A stretch of 64,000 nucleotides of DNA from Azolla caroliniana (lineage: Eukaryota > Plantae > Polypodiophyta). The position numbers were made by a program, and so were the translations under genes. The stretch is from assembly GCA_043228905.1 (NCBI GenBank), contig JBHGNT010000018.1, forward strand, positions 12,772,001 to 12,836,000, written 5' to 3'. Position 1 is the stretch's first letter. Each line of letters begins with the position of its first letter. Below the pieces are notes generated by a model. The model was not told the origin of the DNA and did no database searches. It worked only from the letters and a program-made list of their open reading frames with translations. Below, one piece after another: positions 11,601-23,514 of this stretch.

Positions 11601-14057
11601 AGAGACTGATGCGGCATTGGGCCACAGACGTCCGAGTGGACCAAATCAAGAGGTCTCGTTTCTCTGGGTGCTGATGTCGGGTGTGGTGCGGCTGCTTGTT
11701 TGCCATACTGGCAATGCTCGCAGAATTGATGGTCCGAGAAGGAGAGTTTGGGGATGTATCCGGCTCTAGATAGGTGCGTGATGCCGGCCTTGCTGAGGTG
11801 TCCTAATCTTCGGTGCCATAGTGATGACACAGGAATATCCACCAAAAACAGGTTACCCTCTCTGAGCGTAACATGTAATGGATACAGGGAGTGTATCTTG
11901 GGTCCTCTAGCAAGCAGGAGGTTCCCCCTGTGGAGTGTCCACCCTCCCGAAGAAAAACCGGCACGAATGCCGTCTTCATCTAGTTGTCCGACTGAGATCA
12001 ATGGCCTTGAGAGCTCGGGTACATGTCGGACATTGTGGAGTACAAGTGTAGAGCCACCTGCAAGGTTGAGCTCTACTGTGCCGATTCCGATGATGTCACA
12101 GTGTTGCGAGTTACCGACTCGAACTGAGTCGGAGTGACGGATCGTATATTGCCGAAATTGGGATCGATGAGGAGTCACGTGAAATGACGCGCCCGAATCT
12201 AAGAGCCATGTGCTCGATTCTTCAGTCGTGAGTAGAACTTCTGATCCGACTGGATTTTCGATTGATAGTATATTCGGGTCGTCCGGTAGTACATCAGCTG
12301 AGAAGCTGACGTAATTGATCTCCTCATGCCGGCCACTCTTCTTGTTGTTCTTGTTCTTGAGTGCGCGGCAGTCGGCTTTGATGTGTCCGGGTTTCTTGCA
12401 ATAGTTGCAGATTCGGTTATCCCGTGACTGGCTCCGTCTTCGCTGATTGTTCGGCGGCCGTGAGGAATCTCTTCCTCGTATGTTCGATCGGTCTGTCGAA
12501 CCTTGCACTACGTAAGCGTCGTCTGTTGAGTCTTTGGCGAAAGACTTTCTCCGAGCTGCTTCGGTCAGGATTGCGCTCGTGACTTCGGAGTATTTAACAG
12601 CCGTGGTTGACGCGTTGCACACGGTTGTGACGAAAGTTTCCCATGATGAGGGAAGGCTGCTCATGAGTATCATTGCTCTGAGTTCATCCTCGATTGCCAT
12701 CCCCTGTGACGAGATTTGGGAGCTTATGCTTTCGTACTCATTTAGGTGTGCTTGAACCGAATCGGATTCTTTCATCCGCAAGTTGTAGAGGCGCCGGATC
12801 AGAAACATCTTCGTTGCGGCGACCTTCTTTTCGTAAGTGTCCGACAGTGTTTTCCACAGTTCGAATGCTGTCGTACACGATTGCACCGTAAAGTATACCG
12901 ATTCCGATAGGTGCATCCGAATCGTGGCGCGGACAATTCTGTCCAGCTTCTGCCACTCAATTGGTTTGTATCCTTCTGGAGGTTCTTCATTTTCGATGGG
13001 ATCGATTTGCCCCTTGACTATGAGATAGTCCTGCATTTGCTCCTTCCAGAAGTTGAAGTTCGATCCATCGAACTTTCGTAGACTCATTTCTGACGAGCCG
13101 GATGTTGATGCCATCAAATTCGGTTTCGGTTGACGAAGCTCGGTTCGGAGTTGACTACGAACCTTGTTGGGGTGCAGCCGGTTGGCTCACCCGATATCGT
13201 TCTAGTCGGATTTGAACCCGAGTCGGTTCGGCTTCGGAACTTGCTCGAATTGACTTCGGTAGCTTGAGGGACAGAACCGACTGGTCTTCCCGAATGTTGC
13301 CGAATACCGATTATTGAAACCGATTATCTGGACCGATTCTGCTTCGGGTGGCTGCAGCGACGAGAGAGACAGATCCAACTGATCCTCTCGAATGTCGATC
13401 AGCCGGATGAAGCGCGAATTGGGGTTGTTGTCTTGAGACCGATCTGCACCGAGTGGTTACAACGAGCAGCGAGCAGTGTTTAATGACCTTTTCGGATGCC
13501 GTTTAACCGAATGGAGCACGATCGTGTCAATGATGCACAAGGGGATTTCACCTCGAGCGGTTACGATCACAAGGAACGGAGTACAACCTGATGGCTTACT
13601 CCAAGCAAAAGGATCTAACGCGATGAGGTGCAAACCTCGTTTTTGTTCTTCTTCTCTCTTTCTTTGAATGACGCGAATACTGTGCAGGCCGTGATGAAGT
13701 GAAGAACCGAATGCTGTGCAGGCGGTGACGACGGCCGACAACGGATTGAAGGACCGAATGCTGTGCAAGCTCTGATACCAGATGTTGTAGACGAGGTCGT
13801 CAATGCGGAAGATCAAGAAGCATTCGATTCTTCTGAGTACCTGCGTATGACAGAATGTAGGTCGTTGCACAGAGAGAGAGAGAGACACAAAAGACTTTCT
13901 TATTTCACAAAGAGACAATACAACAACCAACCTTACAAAAAGGTTACAAGGTCACTATATATAGTGACCGACTTAGGGCAACTACCCTTTATGCTAATTA
14001 CATAAATGGCCAAAACGGGATAGTGTGAATACGTCCATTATACACATGTATTCGACA
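8634..14057 (-). mobile_element. Intact Ty1/copia (Tnt1/Tork-like) with identical 275-bp LTRs (8634-8908, 13783-14057)
   Basis: TSD CAGAG (8629-8633, 14058-14062); tRNA-iMet PBS rc TGGTATCAGAGC 13769-13780; PPT 8909-8915; no LTR differences seen. Confidence 0.98.
9101..13114 (-). CDS. Copia gag-pol polyprotein, uninterrupted (~1337 aa)
   Basis: CNYCKKPGHIKADC knuckle, LDSGAS protease, HHCC + DDE integrase, YVDDML RT, YTDSDFAG RNase H. Confidence 0.97.
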   Translation of the reverse strand: MASTSGSSEMSLRKFDGSNFNFWKEQMQDYLIVKGQIDPIENEEPPEGYKPIEWQKLDRIVRATIRMHLSESVYFTVQSCTTAFELWKTLSDTYEKKVAATKMFLIRRLYNLRMKESDSVQAHLNEYESISSQISSQGMAIEDELRAMILMSSLPSSWETFVTTVCNASTTAVKYSEVTSAILTEAARRKSFAKDSTDDAYVVQGSTDRSNIRGRDSSRPPNNQRRRSQSRDNRICNYCKKPGHIKADCRALKNKNNKKSGRHEEINYVSFSADVLPDDPNILSIENPVGSEVLLTTEESSTWLLDSGASFHVTPHRSQFRQYTIRHSDSVRVGNSQHCDIIGIGTVELNLAGGSTLVLHNVRHVPELSRPLISVGQLDEDGIRAGFSSGGWTLHRGNLLLARGPKIHSLYPLHVTLREGNLFLVDIPVSSLWHRRLGHLSKAGITHLSRAGYIPKLSFSDHQFCEHCQYGKQAAAPHPTSAPRETRPLDLVHSDVCGPMPHQSLGGASYFVTFIDDSTRKVWAYPIRTKDRVFSIFTDWLAMVENQTDRKLKCFRTDNGGEFKSEEFVKFCRQRGIRREFTAPHSPEQNGIAERMNRTIQERIVSMLQHSGLSDGFWAEALLTAVHIINMSPSRPLGLQIPQELWIGSKPNYDKLRIFGCEAYALIPKDDRRKLAPRSRKCIFLGYGYDGEMGYRLWDPERRQIVRSSDVVFNESAMNPSVEKPIEVRRVTFSDVPTLQEGPAHNTRSASRVAEPYTTDSDNSDSAQPNDSVSDHPTSIPDATSPIIPRRSERLSQPPERYSPGIFFTDAGEPTSYEEASTSVDSATWHLAMESEMHSIRANKTWDLVELPRNRRALPCKWVYRLKETSDSTTPKYKARLVAKGFRQEYGVDFDEIFSPVVKMTTLRFLLGVVAADNLELIQLDVKTAFLHGDLDEEIYMEQPKGFVATGQEHLVCRLRKSLYGLKQAPRQWYKKFDDFIQSIGFSKSDEDHCLFTNTAQDGSPIFLIIYVDDMLISGRHAGELADLVRQLRLKFAMKDLGPARHILGMKISRHRDKRHLFLSQTDYIGRVLERFNMQSAKSASTPLPMNLRLSQRDCPTSGSEGEDMKSVPYAPAVGSLMYLMVATRPDISHAVGVVSRFMHNPGRSHWNAVKHVFRYLAGTKDHDILFGPNRTSGVVGYTDSDFAGCIDSRKSTTGYCFKFGNGAISWKSKLQECTATSTTEAEYVAASDAAKEALWLGRLAHTFQQVDHDSAPVVYSDSQGVVALSKNPVHHNASKHIDVRYHFVRDCVISGKIGLEKISTTDNVADGMTKCLSADRFRSLRHQMGVTTNRSG

Positions 14058-14148
14058 CAGAGAACCCCCACTTTCTGAACTCTCTCTCTCTCAATCTCAC
14101 TCTCATCACCATCCAACCTCGCCACCACAATCTGACCTCAACACAGAC

Positions 14149-16921
14149 ATGGACCCGCAAACGCTGTCGGAAGCTGCCAAGAAATGGCTAAAGCAACATG
14201 GGCTCGAGGGCTTCTTGACGATTATGGAGGTACCACCACACAAAGAAGCCGACAAGGTGATCAAAGAAATCGACACAGAGGTCATAACGGCGGAGGCGAT
14301 CCGTGCGTTAACAGGCCTTCCGGAGGGAGGCATACTCACGATTGACAATCCAACCTCGGAGCAACTCATCAAGTATTTTGGTGAGTACTCCCTAGCCAGC
14401 AAGGGCTACCGGACACAGGGCGGCGGAGATATGCTGTTCCGCGAGATTGCTCGTGTACTCCACGAATATGGCCATGTGTACCCTAGACCCCCTGTCATGC
14501 CGCAGAACCGGGCAGGGATGATCATCGCCACCTATGAAGGGGTCAAGGTGGATTGGCCGGTATTGATCGCAGATGATTTGTGTGCGGCGATCGACATCGT
14601 CAGAGGAAAAGACGGCAAAGAAGGCCGAGAAGGACGGAGGATATGGCACGCAGTAACGCAGTGGCTCACCTTGCTTGTGCCACCCGTCGAGCCCGTTGAG
14701 CCCAAGAAGCGGGGAAGAGTGGCAGACGGCACCCCAAATACTGCTTCCAAAAGACAACAGCTCTTGGCCTCTAAGGCCACTAAGGGGAAGACGGCGGACG
14801 TAGAACAGGCGGGAAAGAAGAGCGCCAACTGGAAGCGGCCAACGGATGCGTAGGAGGAACCACCGGTACGGCCCGTAAAGGTTACACTCCGCCGACCGGT
14901 GAATAGAGAAGCGGACCCCTTGGCGTCAAAATTCAAGGCCGGGACTCAGGAAGAGGAAATAGAGAAGGAGCCTACGGAGCACCTCCAGCGACGGTCGTCG
15001 GCAAGGACCGTTGAGGCAGCCGGGAAACGTTCGAACCCTCAGACGGAGGGAACACCGGCTCCCCACATTGAGACTCCCACGCCAAGGGAGGAACCGGAAC
15101 CGGTACGCATGGCACCAGAATCAGAAGCCCCTGCACCACCGGCAGCACCGACAAGTCCCATTCCGCCAGAGCCGGAAAGGTCAATGCAACCTCCCTCGGC
15201 CAACCAAGAAGAAGCGCAAGGGGAACCAGGACAGTAGGATGGTCCACGGCCAGAAACAGAATTGCAACTCGGCGCAATCAGGTGGGACCACCCATCCACA
15301 AGCGAGCCCATCCGTCAAACCTCTGTGTAAGCGCAACAACAATGCACTGGTAGCCTGTGGCTCCGGTGGATAGGCGAACAGATTGCCGGAGCAGTGGGGT
15401 ATATTGAGGTGGAAGAAAGAGCGCAAAGTGAACGATTGCTCATCACAACCGAACAACTAGAGACGGCCCGGTCCAGAATCCGGTGCCTTGAAAAAGACTT
15501 GGATTAGGTCACAGGTCACGGCAGAAATGGCCAAAATGGCCTTAACGGCAACACAGATCCAGTCACTAGTGACTCCGGTAAATGTACAGAATAAAGAACC
15601 CGACCAACCTGTACATACTAATAAGACCCCGGCAACGGAAACCGTTCCAGAGAGAGATGCGGTGCAAGCCCAGGAGCTTGCGGAATTGAGAGATGAACTC
15701 GCCGCACAAAAAGCGCTAAGGAGCCGTGAACGGGAATTGAAGACAGCGGCCGAAGCCGAATTAAAGAAGACTGTTGAGAACCTCCGCCGAGCAGAGGAGA
15801 GCCTCCGGAAAGGCCATCAAGCGTACGACCGGCTAAGGGAGGAAAAAGACAAAGTGCTGTAGGAAAAGGACAAGCTGCGGAAGACGGCGGAAACAGAAAT
15901 TGAACGGCTAAAGGAGGAGCTCCGCCAGCAGAGGGACTGTGAGGACCGGGCCCGTCGACAGATCAACGTACAGTTCAAGCAAAAGATAGATGATTTTGAG
16001 CACCTGCACCAGGACTACAAACGGCTAGAAACGGAGCATAAGGAACATATGGCCAAGCTCCAACAGGAAGTTGATCAGGCTGCGATGGCGCTTGCCGACG
16101 AACGGGCGGAAAATACAAGACGGTTGGATGAGGCGGAGAAGGTCCGAATGGAGCTCCAGAGGCAGCAGCAGGAAGAAAAGGAGAGAGCGTCAACGATATT
16201 GCAAAAATTACAAAGCACATATCAAAGGCAATTGACGCATTACAAGGAGCAGGCGGAAGACAACGTCAAAATCATCAAGCAATTGAAGGAGGATTGACAA
16301 GCTGCGGAGATCAAATCGCAGATGGGAACGGCCCGGATTCAGTGCATCCTCTGGGCATGGCTGAATCAGACAAAACTCTTGATTGACGAAAGCTCCGTAA
16401 GATGGTGGACAAAGTGGGCACAAAATACGGCGGAACTCCAATTGCTACGAGCAGACGTGGCAAACCGGCGGAAGGAAGGAGATGATTGTTACACGTTGAC
16501 TTCCGAGGACTTCACCGCCGTACGGGATGAGCTGGCTGAAGACTTCCAAGTCCTGGCGGATGAACAGCTGGTGCAGGTCCGGCAACTCGTAGCTCAGCTA
16601 GACGATGATAGGCTGGACGCTCAAATCCAGTTTGAAAGCTACGAGCGGTCCCGGGTTGGGGAAGAAAAAGCACGGGAAGCGGCAACGGTTAACCTTAGTG
16701 ATGAGGAACCGTCGCCGGCCAAGGGCCAGGCCGGAACCAGTCAACCGGAGACCACTATGACGGAGGGAGCACCGACGGAAACGCTGGTGTCAGAACGACA
16801 AACGGAGGAGCAGCCGCAACAGCCATCAACGGAGCAGCAACAACAACAACAACAACCAATTCCAGATGAACCATTGGAGACTCTTGAACAAAGCATTCTG
16901 GATATTTTGGACGAAGAATAG
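14149..16921 (+). pseudogene. Extra ORF downstream of integrase in the second Ty3 (~920 codons; globular N-terminus, Pro/Glu linker, long coiled coil)
   Basis: ORFs 14149-14853 and 14899-15237 share a frame; 15488-15862, 16049-16297 and 16322-16921 share another; segments separated by isolated stops and one frameshift. Confidence 0.75.
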
Positions 16922-17414
16922 CAAGGGTCGGATGGTGGATTCGACGTACAAGGTACTGTCCCACGGGCGTGCCATGTGTTACCGGCCGGCAAAGGAGTCC
17001 AGAGTGTGAAACGGAGGAGTTAATTAATTATTAGGAATGGTTGTAAGAAAGCTATTAGTGTGGACGGACGGACCGGAATCGGTATGCCGTTCCGGATCCG
17101 GACCGATCCCGAACAGGTGCGGATGGCACCGTTTTGTACTACAGACCGGAACCTATTTAAAGGGCCGGATACAATGTAATGAAGAGCGGATAATTAATAA
17201 AGATTAGTGTTTTTATATCTTTGTGTTAATTGCCGTTCTGCATTCATTGTTAGATCTTACGCGTGTGATTATTAAGGACAATCTTGCTAAGTAACCTAAT
17301 TAAGTCGGATTAATCGTTGATCCTAATCCCCTTGCCGTAACACCCCTTTGGTGAAGTGTCTTCCGTAGACACCCTGTGTTAGGCCATTGTCCGGCCCTAA
17401 GAGTTAACAGGGTT

Positions 17415-20400
17415 CATAAATTAGATCAAGCTTATTATCCAACTACAACCTCAATGGTAAGCGTATGATTTTTGTCAAGTTGGTCTCATCGGGACCCTTC
17501 TGTCCGGAGCTACACAAGCCTGGTTTGCACCGTTGGTCGAAACTTCATCACCACTTCTACAAAATTTTCTTGCCTTTCTGGCAAAGTTTGAGGCAACATT
17601 TGGGGATACGGACCGACGTCGAGCTGCCATCACCAAGCTCTATTCATTACATCAAGGTATGCGTCTGGTATCCGTTTATGCCTCTGAATTTAGACAATTA
17701 GCATGTGATGTTCAGTGGGATGGCCAAGCTCTCTGCGACCATTTTCGTGGGGCCTTCAAAACGAGATTAAAAATTTACTACTCAACTTTCCGGACCCTAC
17801 GTCATTGTCGCAAGCCATCACGCAAGCAGTTAGTTGTGACAATCAGTTGTTTGAGCTTTGTCAAGAGGAACGAACAACTTCAAGGTGGAAACCCTCTTCG
17901 AGATCTTCTCCATTGTCATCGTACGATGACCCCGTGCTGATGGAAATTGATTGAGCTCGCGCCCCGCCACTCACCGAGGGTGAACGGAGGTATTGCCGGA
18001 CCAACAGACTATGTTTATATTGTGGTGCATCCACCCATCTCATTTGTTTTTGCCCAATCAAGAATAATCAACGACAAATATCTACAAACAATACGACAAG
18101 ACGGCCCCAACAACGGGAAAATGACGGTGTCCAACTACAATAGGAGCCATGTGGTTGGACAATCCGCATTCGTGTCGCTCCCATAGTTCGGCTACATCGA
18201 TGGAAGATTTCTCCTTTCTGGTAAGCATCCATTTCAAGTCGATTTCAATTAGATCCTTAGCACTTCTAGATTCCGGGGCAACAACGTGTTTTATGGATGA
18301 AAGGTTCATTCGTAAACACAAATTCCTAATTGTCCGATTGTCCAAGCCAATCCCAGTGGAAGCTATCGATGGATGCATGCTTTCTTCGGGAGCAGTCACC
18401 GAAGCCACTGTCCCACTTATCTTACAGCTCGGGGACCACCAGGAGGGCTTAGCGTTTTATGTTATCACTTCACCGCGACATCCGGTTATCCTTGGTTTGT
18501 CTTGGCTGAAGGCACAGAATCCACTTGATGATTGGCGCAATCACTCGATTACTTTCTCCCAAACCAGCTCGGAGGTGCAAGCAATATCTCATGTTGTTGC
18601 AGGCACTCACCCTCCCATTAATGCAAGAATCAACTCCAAGGCGGATGCTGACATCCCAATCACAACAAGGAAAATAGTGCATAGTGCCTCGTCGAGAAAT
18701 CCAATGAGGACAACTACTGACTCACTACCGTCCAAGTATGAAGTCTTCAAGGACGTATTTGAGAAAAAGAATGTTGAGCACTTGCCTAAGCATCGACGCT
18801 ACGACTGTCCGATCGATCTGCAAGAAGTTGCCAATCCTCCCTTTGGCCCAATTTATGGGTTGTCGGAATCATAACTCCAAGCACTCCGAACGTATCTCGA
18901 CGAGAACCTTGAAAAAGGGTTTTATTCAACCCTCAAAATCACCAGTAGGAGCTCCTATTTTGTTTGTGAAAAAGAAAGATGGATCCTTACACCTCTGCGT
19001 CGACTATCGGGGTCTAAACAAGATTACTGTTCGCAACCGCTACCCACTACCTCTCATCCTAGAGCTATTGGATCAACTCCAGACTGGGAAGATCTTCTCC
19101 AAGATTGACCTACGGGGAGCATAGAATTTGGTACGGATCAAACCTGGAGATGATGATGTTTCAGTTCGCTAAGTTTCTCAAGTCCGAGGTAGAGCCACAT
19201 CACACGGCATGCCCGACAAGCTTGGATACGGTTTACCGATTGGAAACCCATGGATCACAGACGGTATCTCCCCATGGCCTTTCGCCTTTGGAAGCGTCCT
19301 TCCCTCTCAATGCCTAGGCATCCATCCAATGCATTCTTTTCGATGCAGTAGGAGTTGAACCTACTGAACACTATACAAAATCTTAATGAGTGTTCCGCGA
19401 ATGGAAAACTGCCTTTAGAACGCGCTACAGACATTTCGATTATAAGGTAATGGCTTTCGGCCTCACTAATGCTCCTGCAGTATTTCAGCATATGATGAAT
19501 GACATATTCCGAGAATATCTAGATCACTTTGTTGTGATCTATCTAAATGATATCTTGGTCTTCTCTTCGAACATCAAGGAGCCTACTCGACATCTCAGGT
19601 TAGTCCTTGCCAAACTTCGCGAGCACGGACTCTATGCTAAAAGTGAAAAATGTGAATTTGATCATACTTTTGTAGAGTTTCTTGGGTATGTCATTTCGAC
19701 ACAGGGAATCACAATGGACACACGGAAAGTCAAGACTATCCAAGAGTGGGTTGTCCCAACTCGGGTACGAGATGTGCAATCATTCCTTGGTTTTGCCAAT
19801 TTTTATCGTCGCTTCATCAAAGGATTCTTAGTGATCGCACAACCTCTCATTGCTCTTACCCGCAAGGATGCTACTTTCGAATGGACAACAACTGCCCAAA
19901 AGGCGTACGACTTGCTGAAACAAGCCTTTACTATGGCACCAGTCCTTTTACATCCTGACCCAACTAAGCCTTTCCAAGTCGAAACGGATGCTTCCAATTT
20001 TGCCATTGGGGCGATCCTCTCCCAGCCAGATGAGGTCGGTGTGCTTCACCCAGTGGCTTACTAATCCGCAAATTCACGACCCCAGAAATCAACTACCCCA
20101 TATACGAGAACGAGCTTCTCGCTATTATTGCTGCTTTTGAAGAATGGAGACCCTATTTAGCCAAGGTGCAACACCGTATCCAAGTGATTACCGATCACAA
20201 AAATCTAATATATACTTTTCTACCACACGAACCTTAAATCGTAGACAGGCGCAGGCGCGATGGTCGACCTTCTTGGCAGACTAAGATTTTGAGATAATCT
20301 TTCGACCTGACGCTCAACACACGATGACCGATGTCTTATCCCGTCGGTCTGAGTTCGAGCTTACTCTAGAGGATGAAGCCTATGTTCAACACTCCCAAAG

Positions 20401-21905
20401 TTTGTTAAAGCCTAACCAATTCTACAACTTCGCGACTTCCTTGCTCCAGGATGACTCTTTGCTCAAGCAAATAACAAAAGCCACTACGATTGACAAGTTC
20501 ACCACAGAGGTCAAGGCAAGTATCACGAACCCCTCCCATGAACCCAAAAGACCTAATTTAGCTCGTTTTACAATTCAGGATAATCTTTTGTTTTGAGATA
20601 ATCTTTTGTATGTCTTAGAAGGTCCTTGTCAGACAAGGGTGCTTCACGAGTGTCACGATGATCCACTTGTTGGTCATTTTGGCGTTGTGAAAACCTTGGA
20701 GTTGATATCTCGGGGATACTGGTGGCCAAAACCATAGAAATTTGTCAAAGAGTTCGTTAAGTCATGTGACGTTTGTGCTTGGTCTAAAGCATCTCATCAT
20801 CGACCATATGGTCTCCTTCACCCTCTCCCAATCCCCAAACAACCTTGGGCCTCTCTTTCCATGGATTTCATCACTGACATTCCTTTGTTGGTGGTTATGA
20901 CTCGGTATTCGTCATGGTAGATCGCTTCACCAAGATGACTCATTTTGCTCAATGTACCAAAAACATTACCGGAGAGGAGACAACCGATTCGTTTTTAAAA
21001 AATGTGGTTCGACTACATGGACTCCCGAACAATATCACTTCTGATCGAGGTCCACAATTTGTTTCCAATTTCTGGCGGCGCCTTCTGCAAACCTTCGGTT
21101 ATACTATGAATTTATCTTTCGCAAACCAATGGACAAATGGAGCGAGTTAACCAAATCTTGGAAGAATACTTGCGGTGCTCTCTTAGTTACCAACAAGATA
21201 ACTGGGTTGACCTTCTCCCACTTGCCGAGTTCCCCTACAACAACTCTCTACATGCATCTACGGGAGTTACTCCATTTTTCGCCAACTACGGTCTCCACCC
21301 CCGCTTCAACATTTTGCTTCCCTCTGACTCTCTCAATCCTTCTACGGAGAATCGGGCACGTCTCTTGGGGGATGTACATCACGATCTTTCCCTGGAGCTC
21401 ACCCTCGCTGGTGAACGTTGCAAGGAGCAAGCTGACCGTTATCGCTTAGATGCTCGAGGTAGGAGACTTTGTTTGGCTTCTCCGTCGCAATATTGCCACC
21501 ACTAGTCCTTGTCCGAAGCTTGATTACAAGAAGTTAGACCCTTTTTGAATCATTGAGAAAATTGGTTCCATGGCTGTCCGCTTAGAGCTACCATCCCACT
21601 TTCATATTCATAATGTATTCCATGTCTCCCTTCTAGAACCTCGCCATATATCTGAAATCCCTAGTCAACACCCATCTCCTCCACCACCAATCCAGCTCTC
21701 AACTGGAGAAGAATATGAGGTCGACCAAATTCTCGACTCTCATCTCTTCCGTCACCAACTCAATACCTTGTCCTCTGGAAAGGGTACTCGATCTCCAAAG
21801 CAGCATGGGAGCTGGCACATCATCTCAAGCATGCCCTAGACATAGTTCAAGAATTTCATGAACGTTATCTACAAAAACCGGCCACGGGTCCAAGGAGGCG
21901 GCCTT
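17415..21905 (+). pseudogene. Remainder of chromovirus gag plus pol (PR-RT-RH-INT-chromodomain), disrupted
   Basis: CLYCGASTHLICFC knuckle, [54 protein letters not shown]. Confidence 0.92.
19152..19398 (-). other. rrn26: Mitochondrial DNA insertion (NUMT): 5' end of the mitochondrial LSU rRNA gene plus upstream sequence, inside the Ty3 RT
   Basis: rc AAGAATGCATTGGATGGATGCC...GAAGGACGCTT...GGCGAAAGGCCATGGGGAGATACCGTCTGTGATCCATGG...AACTTAGCGAACTGAAACATC, recognised as plant mt 26S rRNA; removing it restores KPGD|EWKTAFRTRY. Confidence 0.85.
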
Positions 21906-21940
21906 AGAGGGAGGATAATGTCATAGACAAGATGCCGCAT

Positions 21941-22011
21941 GGGAATGGTGGGGGTTGAACCCATGACCTTCTGATCTTATTGAGAAACCTTACCAATTGA
22001 GCTACATCCAT
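21941..22011 (-). ncRNA. tRNA-like module in U3 of the chromovirus 3' LTR
   Basis: rc GGATGTAGCTCAATTGGTAAGGTTTCTCAATAAGATCAGAAGGTCATGGGTTCAACCCCCACCATTCC. Confidence 0.7.
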
Positions 22012-22378
22012 CTATGCATTATTGTATTGTGTAAGACTCAACTTATTTCATTATAGATTGATCACTAGAACTTTCAAGAACCTTCTAGAGAATGCATCTT
22101 CATGCACTCTCTAGAGTCTTCTAGCTTTCATGCATACCTCCACATTCTTTTATAAATACTCGGGTGCACCTTGATTACAATCAAGGTGAACAACACTAGT
22201 TGCGAAAGCATATACAATTCTTGTTTATTTGTCTATCCTCTCTCTTGCTTGTTCTCTTGTCTATGCTCTCTCTCCCGCTATCTCTTAATACTGAGCCTCG
22301 TCTACTTGTCCTTGCTCTCGCTTATGCTCTCGCTCTCTCTTAGTACTTAGCCTCATTCCACCCGTTCGTGACAACATG

Positions 22379-23460
22379 TGCACAATTCATATGCACACCA
22401 TTAGCCTTTAATTGTTCATGGGTAAGTGCCCGCTTTATAACTACACCTACTCCATCATGTTCACCTTTACCATGGCCGGACCCAAAAAATTTCCATCTCA
22501 TCCCCGAACATGTTTCAGACAGATACCTCCCAACAAAATAAAGTGGTCATCTAGCCTTGAATTATGATGCAACTCTGTTAGACCAGACCCAATGTTGAGT
22601 AAACTCTAAATGTTGACGTAATAACCATTGCCAATGTAACTTGAAACAGTCTTGGACGAACATGGTATCATTCTTCTTATCATCAGAAATAAAAAAATGA
22701 ATTACTTTCTTAACCTCACCTAAAACTTGAAAATATGTTATGTGCACAAAAATGTTACTTGCACTGAACACCAATGCATGGATTGAATTTCATTCAACTG
22801 CTTGAAAGTATAATTCTTTGCGAAATCTACTACATCATTTGGAAATTCAGATAGCAAGCCTTAAACTAATGGGCTTGCCATGAATAAATGAAGTTGTTTT
22901 TAATGAACTTTCCTAGAGATACTACAAATAGAGACGCCAAATCCCCTGGTTTAAGCGACTTCTTAACTAGATCCTTTCTTTTACACACCTTTCCTTCAAA
23001 ATTGGTGTCCACAGGCCCAAATAACTTGACAAATATTAATATTTCACCACTCAACTCTTTTGGACACCACCTAAATCTACTAGGTCCACAATCTTGACAT
23101 AAACCAATGACACATTTATAATTGTGGAAGATAGCCTCAGATTCTCTTGGGCACAATACTGAATCTAAAAGACCACTCATGGATACGCACACAAGCTCTG
23201 ATGATTTACATAGCTTTGTCTGGCTAGATTGACAAATTGAGCACTCACAAATGCATACTGCATCCTATAGGGAGGAGCTATGGTGATGTAGTAGATTAAT
23301 AGAATCCTTGAGAAAACCCATTTGTACATGGTAAATGCAACATCATGTGTATCGATCCTTTAAGCGTCTCACAAATTATGGTTTAAGAGACTTGAATGTT
23401 CGTAGTTGAACTTTGATTTTCGGATGCATTCGCTTGAACCTAATAAATAAATCTACCTAC
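22379..23460 (-). pseudogene. Catalytic core of the Sola2-like transposase
   Basis: Cys-rich segment (CVIGLCQDCG), DFAKNY, EIQSMHW, ISDD, FFGSGHGKGEHDGVGVVIKRAL; stops and frameshifts. Confidence 0.7.
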
Positions 23461-23514
23461 GCAATAAGAAGGGAGTCCAGTCAGTTATGCTTAGTAGTTC
23501 ATAAGTACGAAACA

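Larger units (their letters stand above)
6098..17409 (+). mobile_element. Non-chromovirus Ty3/gypsy with an internal deletion and an extra 3' ORF; 5' LTR truncated (6098-~6298), 3' LTR 16977-17409
   Basis: TGTTACC...TAACA termini; TSD GGGTT (6093-6097, 17410-17414); the 5' LTR jumps directly into RT-connection/RNase H sequence. Confidence 0.92.
5292..22373 (+). mobile_element. Ty3/gypsy chromovirus (Tcn1/Tf1-like), full-length but decayed; LTRs 5292-5780 and 21919-22373
   Basis: TG...CA LTR pair; TSD ACATG (5287-5291, 22374-22378); PPT AGAGGGAGGATAA 21906-21918; gag, PR (LLDSGAT), RT (YLNDIL), RNase H (ETDASN), integrase and chromodomain (EEYEVDQILDS). Confidence 0.95.

Noticed and set aside
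9254-13028. Many short antisense or alternative-frame ORFs over TE pol genes
   Set aside because: Shadow ORFs of GC-rich coding sequence with no motifs.
18114-18124. PEG10-like -1 frameshift site GGGAAAA at the gag-pol junction
   Set aside because: The heptamer is not in canonical phase and a stop follows in the -1 frame; it cannot be supported from this decayed copy.
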